Of a DNA stretch of 64,000 bases, positions 54,649 through 63,726 are shown piece by piece (within the stretch, counting starts at the first letter, position 1; each line of letters opens with the position of its first letter). A model generated the notes under the pieces. That model saw only the letters and a list, made by a program, of their open reading frames with translations. It was not told the origin of the DNA and did not search any database. The position numbers and the translations under genes were made by a program. The stretch is from an archaeon (GTDB lineage: Archaea > Nanobdellota > Nanobdellia > Pacearchaeales > GW2011-AR1), in assembly GCA_018651605.1 (NCBI GenBank), contig JABIDS010000009.1, positions 84,563 through 148,562 on the forward strand. The letters run 5' to 3'.

Positions 54649-56271
54649 ATGAGCGACAAACAACCGATTTATATTTTGCCTGAAAGTACTGAGAGAACTG
54701 TAGGTAAGGATGCTCAGAGGAATAATATTTTGGCTGCGAAGTTGGTTGCTGATTCTGTGAAAACGACTTTGGGGCCTAAGGGAATGGATAAGATGCTTGT
54801 TGATTCTGTTGGAGAGATTACTGTTACGAATGATGGTGTTACTATTTTGGAGAAAATGGAGATTGAGCATCCTGCGGCTAAGATGATGGTGGAGATTGCG
54901 AAGACTCAGGAGACAGAGGTTGGTGATGGGACGACGACTGCTGTAATGCTTGCTGGAAAACTTTTGGAAAATGCAGAGAAACTTTTAGATATGAAGATTC
55001 ATCCAACTGTGATTACTAAGGGATATAATTTGGCTGAGAGAAAAGCTAAGGAACTTTTGGAGGAGTTGAGTACTGGTGTGAGTATTGAGAGAGAAGATGT
55101 TTTGAAGCATATTGTTATGACTGCTATGACTGGAAAAGGTGCTGAAAGTGTTAAGGAGAAATTTGCAGATATAATTATTAAGGCAATTAAACAGATTCAG
55201 GAAGATGGGAATGTTGATTTGACTAATATTAAAATTGTTAAGAATAAGAGTAATAGTGTTGAGGATAGTGAGTTGATACGTGGTGTTGTTGTTGATAAAG
55301 TTCGGACGTCTATTGATATGCCTTCTAAGGTTGAGAATCCGCGGATTGCTTTGATTTCTGATGCTTTGGAGATAAAGAACCCTGAAGGAGATACGAAGAT
55401 TTCTATTTCAGAGCCTGCGCAATTGCAGAGTTTTATGGATAGAGAAGAAGAGAATCTTAAGAGGATTGTTGAGAAGATTAAGTCTGTAAATGCAAATGTG
55501 ATTTTTTGTCAGAAGGGAATTGATGATGTTGTTCAGTATTATTTGGCTAAGGAGAATATTTATGCTTGTAGGCGTGTTGCGAAGTCTGATATGGAAAGTT
55601 TGGCTTTTGCTACTGGTGGGAAAATTATCACGAACTTGAATGAAATTTCTATTGAGCAATTGGGTAAGTGTGAAAGTATTGAGGAAGTTAAACAAGGAGA
55701 TGATTCAATGACTTATGTTACTGGTTGTGAGAATCCAAAGGTTTTGAGTATTTTGGTTAAGGGCGGTAGTGAGCATGTTTTAGATGAGATTGAGAGAGCG
55801 ATGATGGATGGTTTGGGTGATGTTGCAGCTGTTATTAAAGATAAGAAAATTGTTGCTGGGGCAGGTGCTATTGAGATTGAATTATCTAAGAGATTGAGAG
55901 GTTTTGCAAATACTTTGTCTGGTAGGGAACAGTTGGCTGTTCAGGAATTTGCAAATGCTTTAGAGTTTATTCCTTTGACTTTGGCTGAAAATGCTGGGTT
56001 GGATCCAATTGATATTTTAACTGAGTTGAAATCTAAACATGATAATGGTGAGGTTTCTGCAGGGATTAATATTTTTAATAATAGAATTGAAGATACTTTG
56101 GTTCAGGGAATAATTGAACCTGCTAAAATTAAGAGACAGGCATTGAGTTCTGCTACTGAGGTTGCGATTATGATTTTAAGGATTGATGATGTTTTGGCTT
56201 CGAAATCTTCAGGGAATTCTAGAGGTGTTGGTTCTGGTGGTGGGATGGGTGGAATGATGGGGATGGATTAA
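54649..56271 (+). CDS. ths: thermosome subunit (group II chaperonin)
   Basis: [40 protein letters not shown] and a [11 protein letters not shown]-terminus. Start moved to ATG 54649. Confidence 0.95.
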   Translation: MSDKQPIYILPESTERTVGKDAQRNNILAAKLVADSVKTTLGPKGMDKMLVDSVGEITVTNDGVTILEKMEIEHPAAKMMVEIAKTQETEVGDGTTTAVMLAGKLLENAEKLLDMKIHPTVITKGYNLAERKAKELLEELSTGVSIEREDVLKHIVMTAMTGKGAESVKEKFADIIIKAIKQIQEDGNVDLTNIKIVKNKSNSVEDSELIRGVVVDKVRTSIDMPSKVENPRIALISDALEIKNPEGDTKISISEPAQLQSFMDREEENLKRIVEKIKSVNANVIFCQKGIDDVVQYYLAKENIYACRRVAKSDMESLAFATGGKIITNLNEISIEQLGKCESIEEVKQGDDSMTYVTGCENPKVLSILVKGGSEHVLDEIERAMMDGLGDVAAVIKDKKIVAGAGAIEIELSKRLRGFANTLSGREQLAVQEFANALEFIPLTLAENAGLDPIDILTELKSKHDNGEVSAGINIFNNRIEDTLVQGIIEPAKIKRQALSSATEVAIMILRIDDVLASKSSGNSRGVGSGGGMGGMMGMD

Positions 56272-56280
56272 AAGATTGGT

Positions 56281-56425
56281 TCGCTTTCGCTCACAACTTA
56301 TTTTATGTCAAAGTGCCTGACTTTGTCAAGGCACTTTTCTAATTTTCTTGATATCTGTTAAAATTTAATATTTTATGGAGATTAGTTTTCTTTTTGATTG
56401 TTGTTATGGTTTGTGGTTTTAAGTG
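56281..56425. repeat. rearranged mosaic repeat copy (module B hairpin inverted, module A tail forward)
   Basis: 56281-56340 is the reverse complement of hairpin-GCGAaAGCGA..ATAAAATAAG..GAGCGAA. It is followed by the forward agttttctttttgattgttgttatgg. Confidence 0.65.
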
Positions 56426-56510
56426 AATGATTTATATTAATATTTTTTAATAACTTTAAAGTGGTAATAATCGAAAAGTTTATAAAGTCTTTATTTATTG
56501 AAATGTTAAT

Positions 56511-57014
56511 ATGACTGAAGAACAAACACAATCTCAATTTATCTTTTGGGTAAAAGAAGCGGGAGTCTTTAGACCTGCTGAATTGAAAATGCCTGAGAAT
56601 ACAACTACTTATGGTTTAGAAAAAAATATAGAATTAAGAGAACAAGATATTCCTTTAGATTCATTAAATTTATTAAGTTCTGTTTATCTGGGGGATATAA
56701 ATATCTTTAAAGGACAACTAGAAGGATATGCCTCTAAAGATGTTTTTAAGGAATTTAAATCTCATGTATATGGAACAGTTTCTAATATTGTAAAACTTGC
56801 TGAAGGAGTTGCAAAAGAACAAGGAGCTCCATATTTTGCAGTAAATGTTGTTCAAACACCTAAGGATAGAACTTGGAAATTTGAGAGAAATAGAGATTTA
56901 TTAAAATACGTTGCAGCTATAAATTTCACAAGTATAGTAAAACCATTTAATGAGCCAAAAGGACCCTCAGAATTTGTCCTTTGTCCTACTGCACAATTAT
57001 ATGTATCAAAATAA
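56511..57014 (+). CDS. hypothetical protein (167 aa)
   Basis: ORF with A-ending codon style on the plus strand. Confidence 0.5.
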   Translation: MTEEQTQSQFIFWVKEAGVFRPAELKMPENTTTYGLEKNIELREQDIPLDSLNLLSSVYLGDINIFKGQLEGYASKDVFKEFKSHVYGTVSNIVKLAEGVAKEQGAPYFAVNVVQTPKDRTWKFERNRDLLKYVAAINFTSIVKPFNEPKGPSEFVLCPTAQLYVSK

Positions 57015-57065
57015 TTAGATTCTTCTTAAGATAACATTTAAATATGCTTTACACTTTTCTATTTT

Positions 57066-58103
57066 ATGTTAGATCAATATATTTCAAATGATTATCTTCG
57101 GGCATTAGTTGTAATGATAATACTTTTTATTGTAATTAGGTTGGGTTTATATTTTGTTACGAAGATTGCGATTTTTTTGACTAGGAAAACAAAGAGTGAT
57201 TTGGATGATAAATTAATTGAACGGTCTTCGAATCATTTGCATCTTTTGACATTGTTTATTGTTTTGTTTTTTGGTATTGGTGAAATATCTTTGGCAGAGA
57301 ATGTGAAATTTATTGTGTATAATATTATTCATTCTTTGATGGCCGTAGTTTTAGCGCATCTTATTTATGTTGTCTTGGATTTGTTGTTTATTAGGGCGGT
57401 GAGTTTGATTTCTCAGAGAACTAAGACTCGAGTGAATCAGAGTTTGGTTGCTTTATTTCATAGTTTTTTGAGTGTTGTTCTGATTCTTTTAGTTGTGATT
57501 TATATTCTTGATTTATGGGGATTTGAGATTGGACCTTTACTTGCTGGTTTGGGAATTGCTGGTTTGGCTATTGCTCTTGCATTGCAACCTATACTAAGTA
57601 ATATTTTTTCAGGAGCTTCAGTGATATTGGATAAGTCTGTGAAGGTTGGAGATTTGGTTTATTTAGAATCTCAGAGTATTAAGGGAAGGATTGAAAAAAT
57701 TGGATTGAGAAGCACGCAGATAAGAACTTTTGATAATGAATTGATAATTATTCCGAATAATAAATTGGCTGATGGTGTGATTCAGAATGTTGCTTTGCCT
57801 GAGCCTAAGACTAGGGTGACTGTTCCGTTTGGTGTTGCTTATGGTTCTGATATTGCACAAGTTAAGAAGATTGTTCTGGGAGAGATTGGTAGGATTAAGG
57901 ATTTTGTGAATGAACCTGAGCCTGTTATTAGATTTAGTGAGATGGCGGATTCTTCTTTGAATTTTACTGCTTATTTTTATGTTAATAGTTTTGAAAATAG
58001 GGCTAGTGCTTTAGATGAAGCAAATACTCGGATCTATAATGCTTTGAATAAAGCAGGTATTGAGATTCCGTTTCCGCAGATGGATGTTAGGGTGGAGAAA
58101 TAG
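57066..58103 (+). CDS. mechanosensitive ion channel (MscS family)
   Basis: Multiple TM helices, then VKVGDLVYL...IRTFDNELIIIPNNKLADGVIQN, the MscS beta-domain signature. Confidence 0.8.
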   Translation: MLDQYISNDYLRALVVMIILFIVIRLGLYFVTKIAIFLTRKTKSDLDDKLIERSSNHLHLLTLFIVLFFGIGEISLAENVKFIVYNIIHSLMAVVLAHLIYVVLDLLFIRAVSLISQRTKTRVNQSLVALFHSFLSVVLILLVVIYILDLWGFEIGPLLAGLGIAGLAIALALQPILSNIFSGASVILDKSVKVGDLVYLESQSIKGRIEKIGLRSTQIRTFDNELIIIPNNKLADGVIQNVALPEPKTRVTVPFGVAYGSDIAQVKKIVLGEIGRIKDFVNEPEPVIRFSEMADSSLNFTAYFYVNSFENRASALDEANTRIYNALNKAGIEIPFPQMDVRVEK

Positions 58104-58122
58104 AGGTTTGGTTGATTGAGGG

Positions 58123-58415
58123 GTTTCCGCCACCGCGAAAATCCGTTCCTTACGTCACTTTCCCATTTTCTTACCGAGTCTTGAAATGTTGAGGAAGGGT
58201 TTATTTTTGAAGATGAGTTTTCTTTTGATTGTTATGAGAACTTAGTTTTTTACGAGTGATTAAGATTTAGGAGATTTCAGTATTTAGCGAAGCGGACTGG
58301 CGCAAGCCGTCCGCGAGAGCGATATAGAATAAGATGAGCGGAGCGAATGAAACTTGTGGAAGAGGGATATAAGCGAACGAAGTGAGTTATCTACGCGAGC
58401 GAAGCGAGCGTTTAG
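58123..58415 (+). repeat. mosaic intergenic repeat, full-length copy (with a 37-nt insertion in module B)
   Basis: Bulged-T hairpin with a GCAA loop at 58292-58314. The segment acttgtggaagagggatataagcgaacgaagtgagtt is inserted between gagcgaatgaa and atctacgcgagcg. Confidence 0.85.
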
Positions 58416-58431
58416 GTATTTTTATTTTTTA

Positions 58432-60312
58432 CTAACTATCAATCAATTCCTTCATCCTATCAGTCAAAAACCTTGTGAATTTTCCTCTTCCGTTTGTTAG
58501 GTGGAGGTTTTCTTTTGCTCTTGAAAGTGCAACATAAAATAATCTTTTTTCTTCTTCCTCTTTATCGTAATCTTCTATTTTAATCATTTCAATTATTGGA
58601 TGGTCTGAGGCTTTGCATGGGAAGTTTTGTTCATTGCATCCTATTATGAAAACAACTTTGGCTTCTAGTCCTTTTATTGCGTGGATTGTTGCAAGTGTGA
58701 TTTCTCCTTGTTTTGCAGTTAGGAGGGATTTTTCTTCTTCACTTCTGATTATGTGTTGGATTTTTTTTTCTTTCATTAATTTTGAAAGTGTATTTAGTTG
58801 TCTGTTTGTTCTTGCTAGGATGAATATTTCTTGTTTGTCTATTGTGGAGTTTTGTATCTTGTTTATTATGAAATTCATTTCTTGGGTTTCTGAATCAAAG
58901 TTTGAGAGAGTTATTTTTCCATTATCTTCTAATGAATGGTTTAAGTCTGGAAGGTTCATGTCTCTTATTGATTCGTTGAAGAAATTAATGATGTTTTTGG
59001 TGCTTCGGTAATTTTTTGTTAGGCTTATTGTTTCAGGATTTGTATGTGTTTTTTCAAAGTTTAGAATGTAGTTTATGTCTGAGCCTCTCCATCCGAAGAT
59101 TGATTGTCGTGGGTCTCCTACTGAGAAGAAATTTGGGGCGTTGAAGAGATTAAGGAATTTGATTTGGGTTGAGTTGACATCTTGGTATTCGTCTACAAGA
59201 ATGTGTTCAAATTCTGGGATGAATTCTTTATTTTCGGTTAGGAATTTCATTGCGTCTAAAACTTGGTCTGAGTAATCTCTTAATCCTGCACGGAACATAT
59301 ATTCTTTTAAATATTTACAAATATTGTAAATCATCTTTGCTATTTCTTTGTCGTCTTCATCTGCCTCTTCTGAAAAATCGTAAAGATCTAAATTTTTATA
59401 TTTGAAATATTCTAAAATAAAAAAACAATCATTCATGAAAATGCTTGCTAGTTGTTCTTTTGTTTTTAATCTTTTTTGGGCTACTGAAAAATATTTGTCT
59501 ATTGCTTCATTCATTTTTAAATTTAGATTTTGTAATGCTCCACTTAGTGCTATAACCTTGTTTCCATAGCTCATTATTTTAACATTTCTTCCGTAAATTA
59601 ATTGTCCATATTTTTGTAGAATCTTTTCGCAGAAAGAATTGAATGTTTCTACTTGGACGTCATTAATGTTTAGTTGGTTTAGTCTTGTTATCATTTCTTG
59701 ACGAGCTTTTCTTGTGAAAGTTACTGCGAGTATTTTTTCTGGGTTGATTCCTTTGAATTTTACTAAGAACTCTATTCTTTTTGTTAGTGCTGTGGTTTTT
59801 CCTGAGCCTGCTCCTGCAATGCATAATATTTTTTGGTTGCTAGAGATGATTGCTTTTTTTTGTTCGTCGTTGTAGTTATTTAGAAAAAAATCTAATTCTT
59901 TGAAAATTTCTCTGTCTTTGTCTGTTATTATTGTTTTTTTGAAGATGAAATTGTTTTTTAATTTTTTAGAATTTAATGTTGGGTTTTGAAATTCTTTTAT
60001 TCCTTTTTGTGTTAATTTTAAGTATTTCATAAATCTGTTGTTGTTTGCTTCTACGAATTCTAAGAGATTGTTGCTTACTAGGTTGTTTATGATTTTTTCT
60101 AGTTGTTCTTTAGTGGTTTTAGAGAGGATTCCGAATTCTTCTAGGAGGTTGAGTCTGTTTAGTTTTATAGATTTGTTATTTGGATTTCCTTGTAAAAAAT
60201 CTATGAGAAGTTTTTTTCCGACGCCGAAGGGGATTTTTTGAATTGTTTTTAAAATTATTAAATAATCTTGAGAGTCATCTCTTTTGTAGGTTGGGATTGG
60301 TTGTGAGTTCAT
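58432..60312 (-). CDS. UvrD/PcrA-family SF1 helicase with N-terminal winged-helix-like domain
   Basis: IAGAGSGKTT (Walker A), LVDEYQDVN, GDPRQSIFGWRG, and TIHAIKGLE...LFYVALSRAK. About 150 aa of extra N-terminus. Confidence 0.85.
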   Translation of the reverse strand: MNSQPIPTYKRDDSQDYLIILKTIQKIPFGVGKKLLIDFLQGNPNNKSIKLNRLNLLEEFGILSKTTKEQLEKIINNLVSNNLLEFVEANNNRFMKYLKLTQKGIKEFQNPTLNSKKLKNNFIFKKTIITDKDREIFKELDFFLNNYNDEQKKAIISSNQKILCIAGAGSGKTTALTKRIEFLVKFKGINPEKILAVTFTRKARQEMITRLNQLNINDVQVETFNSFCEKILQKYGQLIYGRNVKIMSYGNKVIALSGALQNLNLKMNEAIDKYFSVAQKRLKTKEQLASIFMNDCFFILEYFKYKNLDLYDFSEEADEDDKEIAKMIYNICKYLKEYMFRAGLRDYSDQVLDAMKFLTENKEFIPEFEHILVDEYQDVNSTQIKFLNLFNAPNFFSVGDPRQSIFGWRGSDINYILNFEKTHTNPETISLTKNYRSTKNIINFFNESIRDMNLPDLNHSLEDNGKITLSNFDSETQEMNFIINKIQNSTIDKQEIFILARTNRQLNTLSKLMKEKKIQHIIRSEEEKSLLTAKQGEITLATIHAIKGLEAKVVFIIGCNEQNFPCKASDHPIIEMIKIEDYDKEEEEKRLFYVALSRAKENLHLTNGRGKFTRFLTDRMKELIDS

Positions 60313-60352
60313 TTTAGAATTAGAAGGTTATGGTTTTTAAAATGTGGTGAGG

Positions 60353-61327
60353 TTAGTCGAATAGTTCGCTTAGGCTTTCTCCAATACTTATTCTATAAAT
60401 TGCTTCTCCAAGTAAGGGGGCAAAAGAGATAGTTTCAATAAAATCATTCTCAGGAATTTTTAAAGTATCTCCAATGTATAATTTATCTATATACTTATCA
60501 ATACCTTCAAATCCTTTAGTAAATAATCCATGAGTGCAATATACAATAACTTTTTTTGCTCCATGGTCTTTGCAAGATTTTGCTGCATCTTTAGAAGTCC
60601 CTCCAGAATCCCACATATCATCAACCATCAAAACATTTTTACCTTCAACATTTCCCAAAATTCCTAAACTTCCTCCAACTTCTCCTGGAACTTTTCTATA
60701 TTTATCTCCCATTGCTAAATCTGTAATTCCTAATTTATCTGCACAATTTCTTGCTCTTTTTATTCCTCCTTCATCTGCACTCATAACAATAAGGTCTTCT
60801 AAAATTCCAGGATTATACTTATTTAAATGAGATTCTAACACTGGATGAGAATCTAGTCCATCAAAAGGTATTTTATAAAAACCTTGTATTGCAGGATTAT
60901 GAACATCTAAAGTCAAAACCCTATCTGCATAAAGTCCAACAACATCTGCTACAACTTGAGCTCCAATAGGCACTCTTGATTCATCTTTTACATCTTGTCT
61001 TGCAAATCTTAAATAAGGAAAAACATCTATAATCTCATGAGCCGATGAATTTTTTAAGGCATGATTTACTAAGCAAAGTTCTGTAAACCAACGAAAAGGT
61101 TCCAAATTAGAATCATGAATCAAGAAACAATCTCTTTTTCTAATATCTTTCTCAATCTTTGGTTTAATTTCTCCATCCCTAAAACTATACTTTTTAGAAT
61201 GACTATCAATTTTCCTTAATTCAAATTCTATTCCTTTTTTATTTAGTATATATTCATGAATTCTACAAGCTAATCCCCAAGTTTTACCTTTAGGATTTGC
61301 AATAATGGAACATTTATTATCTACCAT
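60353..61327 (-). CDS. prs: ribose-phosphate pyrophosphokinase (PRPP synthetase)
   Basis: LDVHNPAIQGFYKIPFDGL and the PRPP loop VDDMWDSGGT. Confidence 0.85.
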   Translation of the reverse strand: MVDNKCSIIANPKGKTWGLACRIHEYILNKKGIEFELRKIDSHSKKYSFRDGEIKPKIEKDIRKRDCFLIHDSNLEPFRWFTELCLVNHALKNSSAHEIIDVFPYLRFARQDVKDESRVPIGAQVVADVVGLYADRVLTLDVHNPAIQGFYKIPFDGLDSHPVLESHLNKYNPGILEDLIVMSADEGGIKRARNCADKLGITDLAMGDKYRKVPGEVGGSLGILGNVEGKNVLMVDDMWDSGGTSKDAAKSCKDHGAKKVIVYCTHGLFTKGFEGIDKYIDKLYIGDTLKIPENDFIETISFAPLLGEAIYRISIGESLSELFD

Positions 61328-61390
61328 CTTTTACCTAAAAAACAAAAATTAATTTATAAACATTATAGCAATGAAAGATATACATTAGGT

Positions 61391-63175
61391 TTATTTGATG
61401 TATCCGCCTTTTTGGAGGTTCCAGAGTTTTTTGTATTCTCCTTTTTGTTGGATTAGTTCTGAATGTTTTCCCATTTGGATTATTCTACCTTTTTTTAAGA
61501 CGATGATTCTATCTGCGTTCATGATTGTTGAAAGTCTGTGTGCGATTATTACAGATGTTCTGCCTTTTAGTAATTTTTGAAGGTCTTTTTGGATTTCATT
61601 TTCTGTTTCTGAATCTAATGCAGATGTGGCTTCATCTAGAACTAATATTTTTTTGTTTGCTAAGATTGCTCTTGCTATTGAAACTCTTTGTTTTTCTCCT
61701 CCTGAAAGTTTGACTCCTCTTTCTCCTACAATTGTGTTTTCTTTGTCTTGAAAGTTTTCTATTACCTTATCTAATTGTGCAAATTTTATTGCTGATAAAA
61801 CTTGTTTTCTTGTTGCTTTTGGATTTGAGAACTTTATGTTGTTGTATATTGTGTCGTCGAATAAAACGCATTCTTGAGGAACAATTCCTGTTTCACTTCT
61901 AATTGATTCTTGTTTGAATTCTCGGATATCTTTGTTGTCAATTAAAATACTTCCTTGATTGACGTCATAAAACCTGTTTAATAGTTTTACTAGTGTTGTT
62001 TTTCCGCAACCAGAATGTCCTACAAATGCGACTTTTTCGTTTTCATTTATTTTTAGATTGAAATCTTGGAGGAATTTTCTACGCCCATAATTGAAATTTA
62101 CATTTTTGAATTCAATTGTTCCTTTTGATATCTTTAAGTTTGGTGCGTTGTTTTTGTCTTTTATTTCATTTTCAAATCTATTGTATTCAAATAATTCTTG
62201 GAAGTCTGCCATTGAACGATAAAATCCTCTTAATCCGTGGACAAATCCGAATATGTATACTAGGAGTCCTGCGAATGTTGTGTAAATGAATGTTAATGTT
62301 CCTAGGCTTATTTGTCCATTTAAGAATTTTACTAGAGAGAAGTAAAGTAAGACAAATGTTCCTGTTCCTAAGATTAGGGATTGTCCTGCGCTCATCCATC
62401 GGAAGTAGTCCCAGTTTTTTAGGTAAAAGGCTCGTGTTGTGTCTGATAGTTTGACGAATTTGTCTTCTACTACTTTTTCTTTTCCGTAGTATTTTACAGA
62501 GTCTATGTTTGTAAAAATATCTGCGACGTTTCCTTTTTCAACATCTTCTGCTTTGTTTGCTTCTATGTTTGATTTTTCTTGGAGTCTTTGCAAGATAAAA
62601 CTGTAACTAATGAAAATTATTACGGTGATTAACATAATCATTGCTGAAAATGTTTCTAGGTAGATTAAGGAGAAGAAAACTAATGTTAGTTGTAAGATTA
62701 GAGTTATGAAATTGAATGAGATTATGTCTGTCATTCTTTCTACTGCTCCTGCGCCTCTGCCGATTCTGGAAATTAAGCTTCCTGTTTTGTGTGTTGTGTG
62801 GAAGTTGTGGTCTAATTTTAATATATGGTTGAAGAATTTTCTTTTTAAATCTGTGATGACATTATTTTCAAGTCTGTTTAGGAAATGAATTCTTAACCAA
62901 TTTGAAATTGATGTTAGGATGAAGAAGGTGATGAAAACTGCTCCAACAATTATTAAGATGTTTGTGAAGGCTGTTCTGGTTAATATTCCTGTGTTGAAAT
63001 CTGTTCCATTGTCAATTATTACTTTGAATAAAAATTTGTCTACAATGACTCTTATTTCTTTTATTAATACGAAAAGCACGACTAGGAACATTAGTAATTT
63101 GTATTTTTTTAAAAGATTCCAATATATTCTGAAGTTGTATTTGAAGTCTATTTCTTTTGATGATTTTGTTCTCAT
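61391..63175 (-). CDS. ABC transporter, fused permease/ATPase (MsbA/multidrug-exporter type)
   Basis: Six TM helices at the N-terminus; GHSGCGKTT, LSGGEKQRVSIARA, ILVLDEATSALD. Confidence 0.9.
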   Translation of the reverse strand: MRTKSSKEIDFKYNFRIYWNLLKKYKLLMFLVVLFVLIKEIRVIVDKFLFKVIIDNGTDFNTGILTRTAFTNILIIVGAVFITFFILTSISNWLRIHFLNRLENNVITDLKRKFFNHILKLDHNFHTTHKTGSLISRIGRGAGAVERMTDIISFNFITLILQLTLVFFSLIYLETFSAMIMLITVIIFISYSFILQRLQEKSNIEANKAEDVEKGNVADIFTNIDSVKYYGKEKVVEDKFVKLSDTTRAFYLKNWDYFRWMSAGQSLILGTGTFVLLYFSLVKFLNGQISLGTLTFIYTTFAGLLVYIFGFVHGLRGFYRSMADFQELFEYNRFENEIKDKNNAPNLKISKGTIEFKNVNFNYGRRKFLQDFNLKINENEKVAFVGHSGCGKTTLVKLLNRFYDVNQGSILIDNKDIREFKQESIRSETGIVPQECVLFDDTIYNNIKFSNPKATRKQVLSAIKFAQLDKVIENFQDKENTIVGERGVKLSGGEKQRVSIARAILANKKILVLDEATSALDSETENEIQKDLQKLLKGRTSVIIAHRLSTIMNADRIIVLKKGRIIQMGKHSELIQQKGEYKKLWNLQKGGYIK

Positions 63176-63440
63176 TTTGGTCTCTTACTTTTTTAAAGTA
63201 GTTAATTTTTTGGGATGGGTTTAAATATTAGATTGTCTCGTGGTTTTTATGTTATATTCAGATAATGAATCTTTGGATAAGATGTTTGAAAAGGGTGATG
63301 ATGGTGATGCGGATGATGAAGATGAGGTGGATGGGGATAGTTAGGGGATGAGGGATTGGAGTGATTCTTAATAGAAAGTTGATATGTGATTTAAAGTTTT
63401 CGGTTTGATTTCAAGAGGCTCGGTTTAAGGGGGTTTGGAT

Positions 63441-63695
63441 TTTCCTCCACCGCAGAAAGCCGTGCTCGCACTTTCCCTTTCTGCCCTTAGTAATCTTGAA
63501 ATCTTGTTAGAGAGTTATTTTATTCAGAGGAGTTTTCTTTTGGTTGTTATGAGGGTTAAAAAGTTTTGTATAAATATTAAGACTTAGAAGATTTCAGTAT
63601 TTTAGTGAAGCAGACTGGACTTGTCCGTCTGCGAGAACGACATAAAATAAGTGAGTGGAGCGAATGAATCTACGCGAGCGATAGCGAGTGTTGAG
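63441..63695 (+). repeat. mosaic intergenic repeat, full-length copy
   Basis: Stem 1 at 63452-63484 (gcagaaag/ctttctgc); bulged-T hairpin with a CTTG loop at 63610-63632. Confidence 0.85.
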
Positions 63696-63726
63696 ATAGT
63701 TTTTTTTATAATTTCTAGAAATCTTT

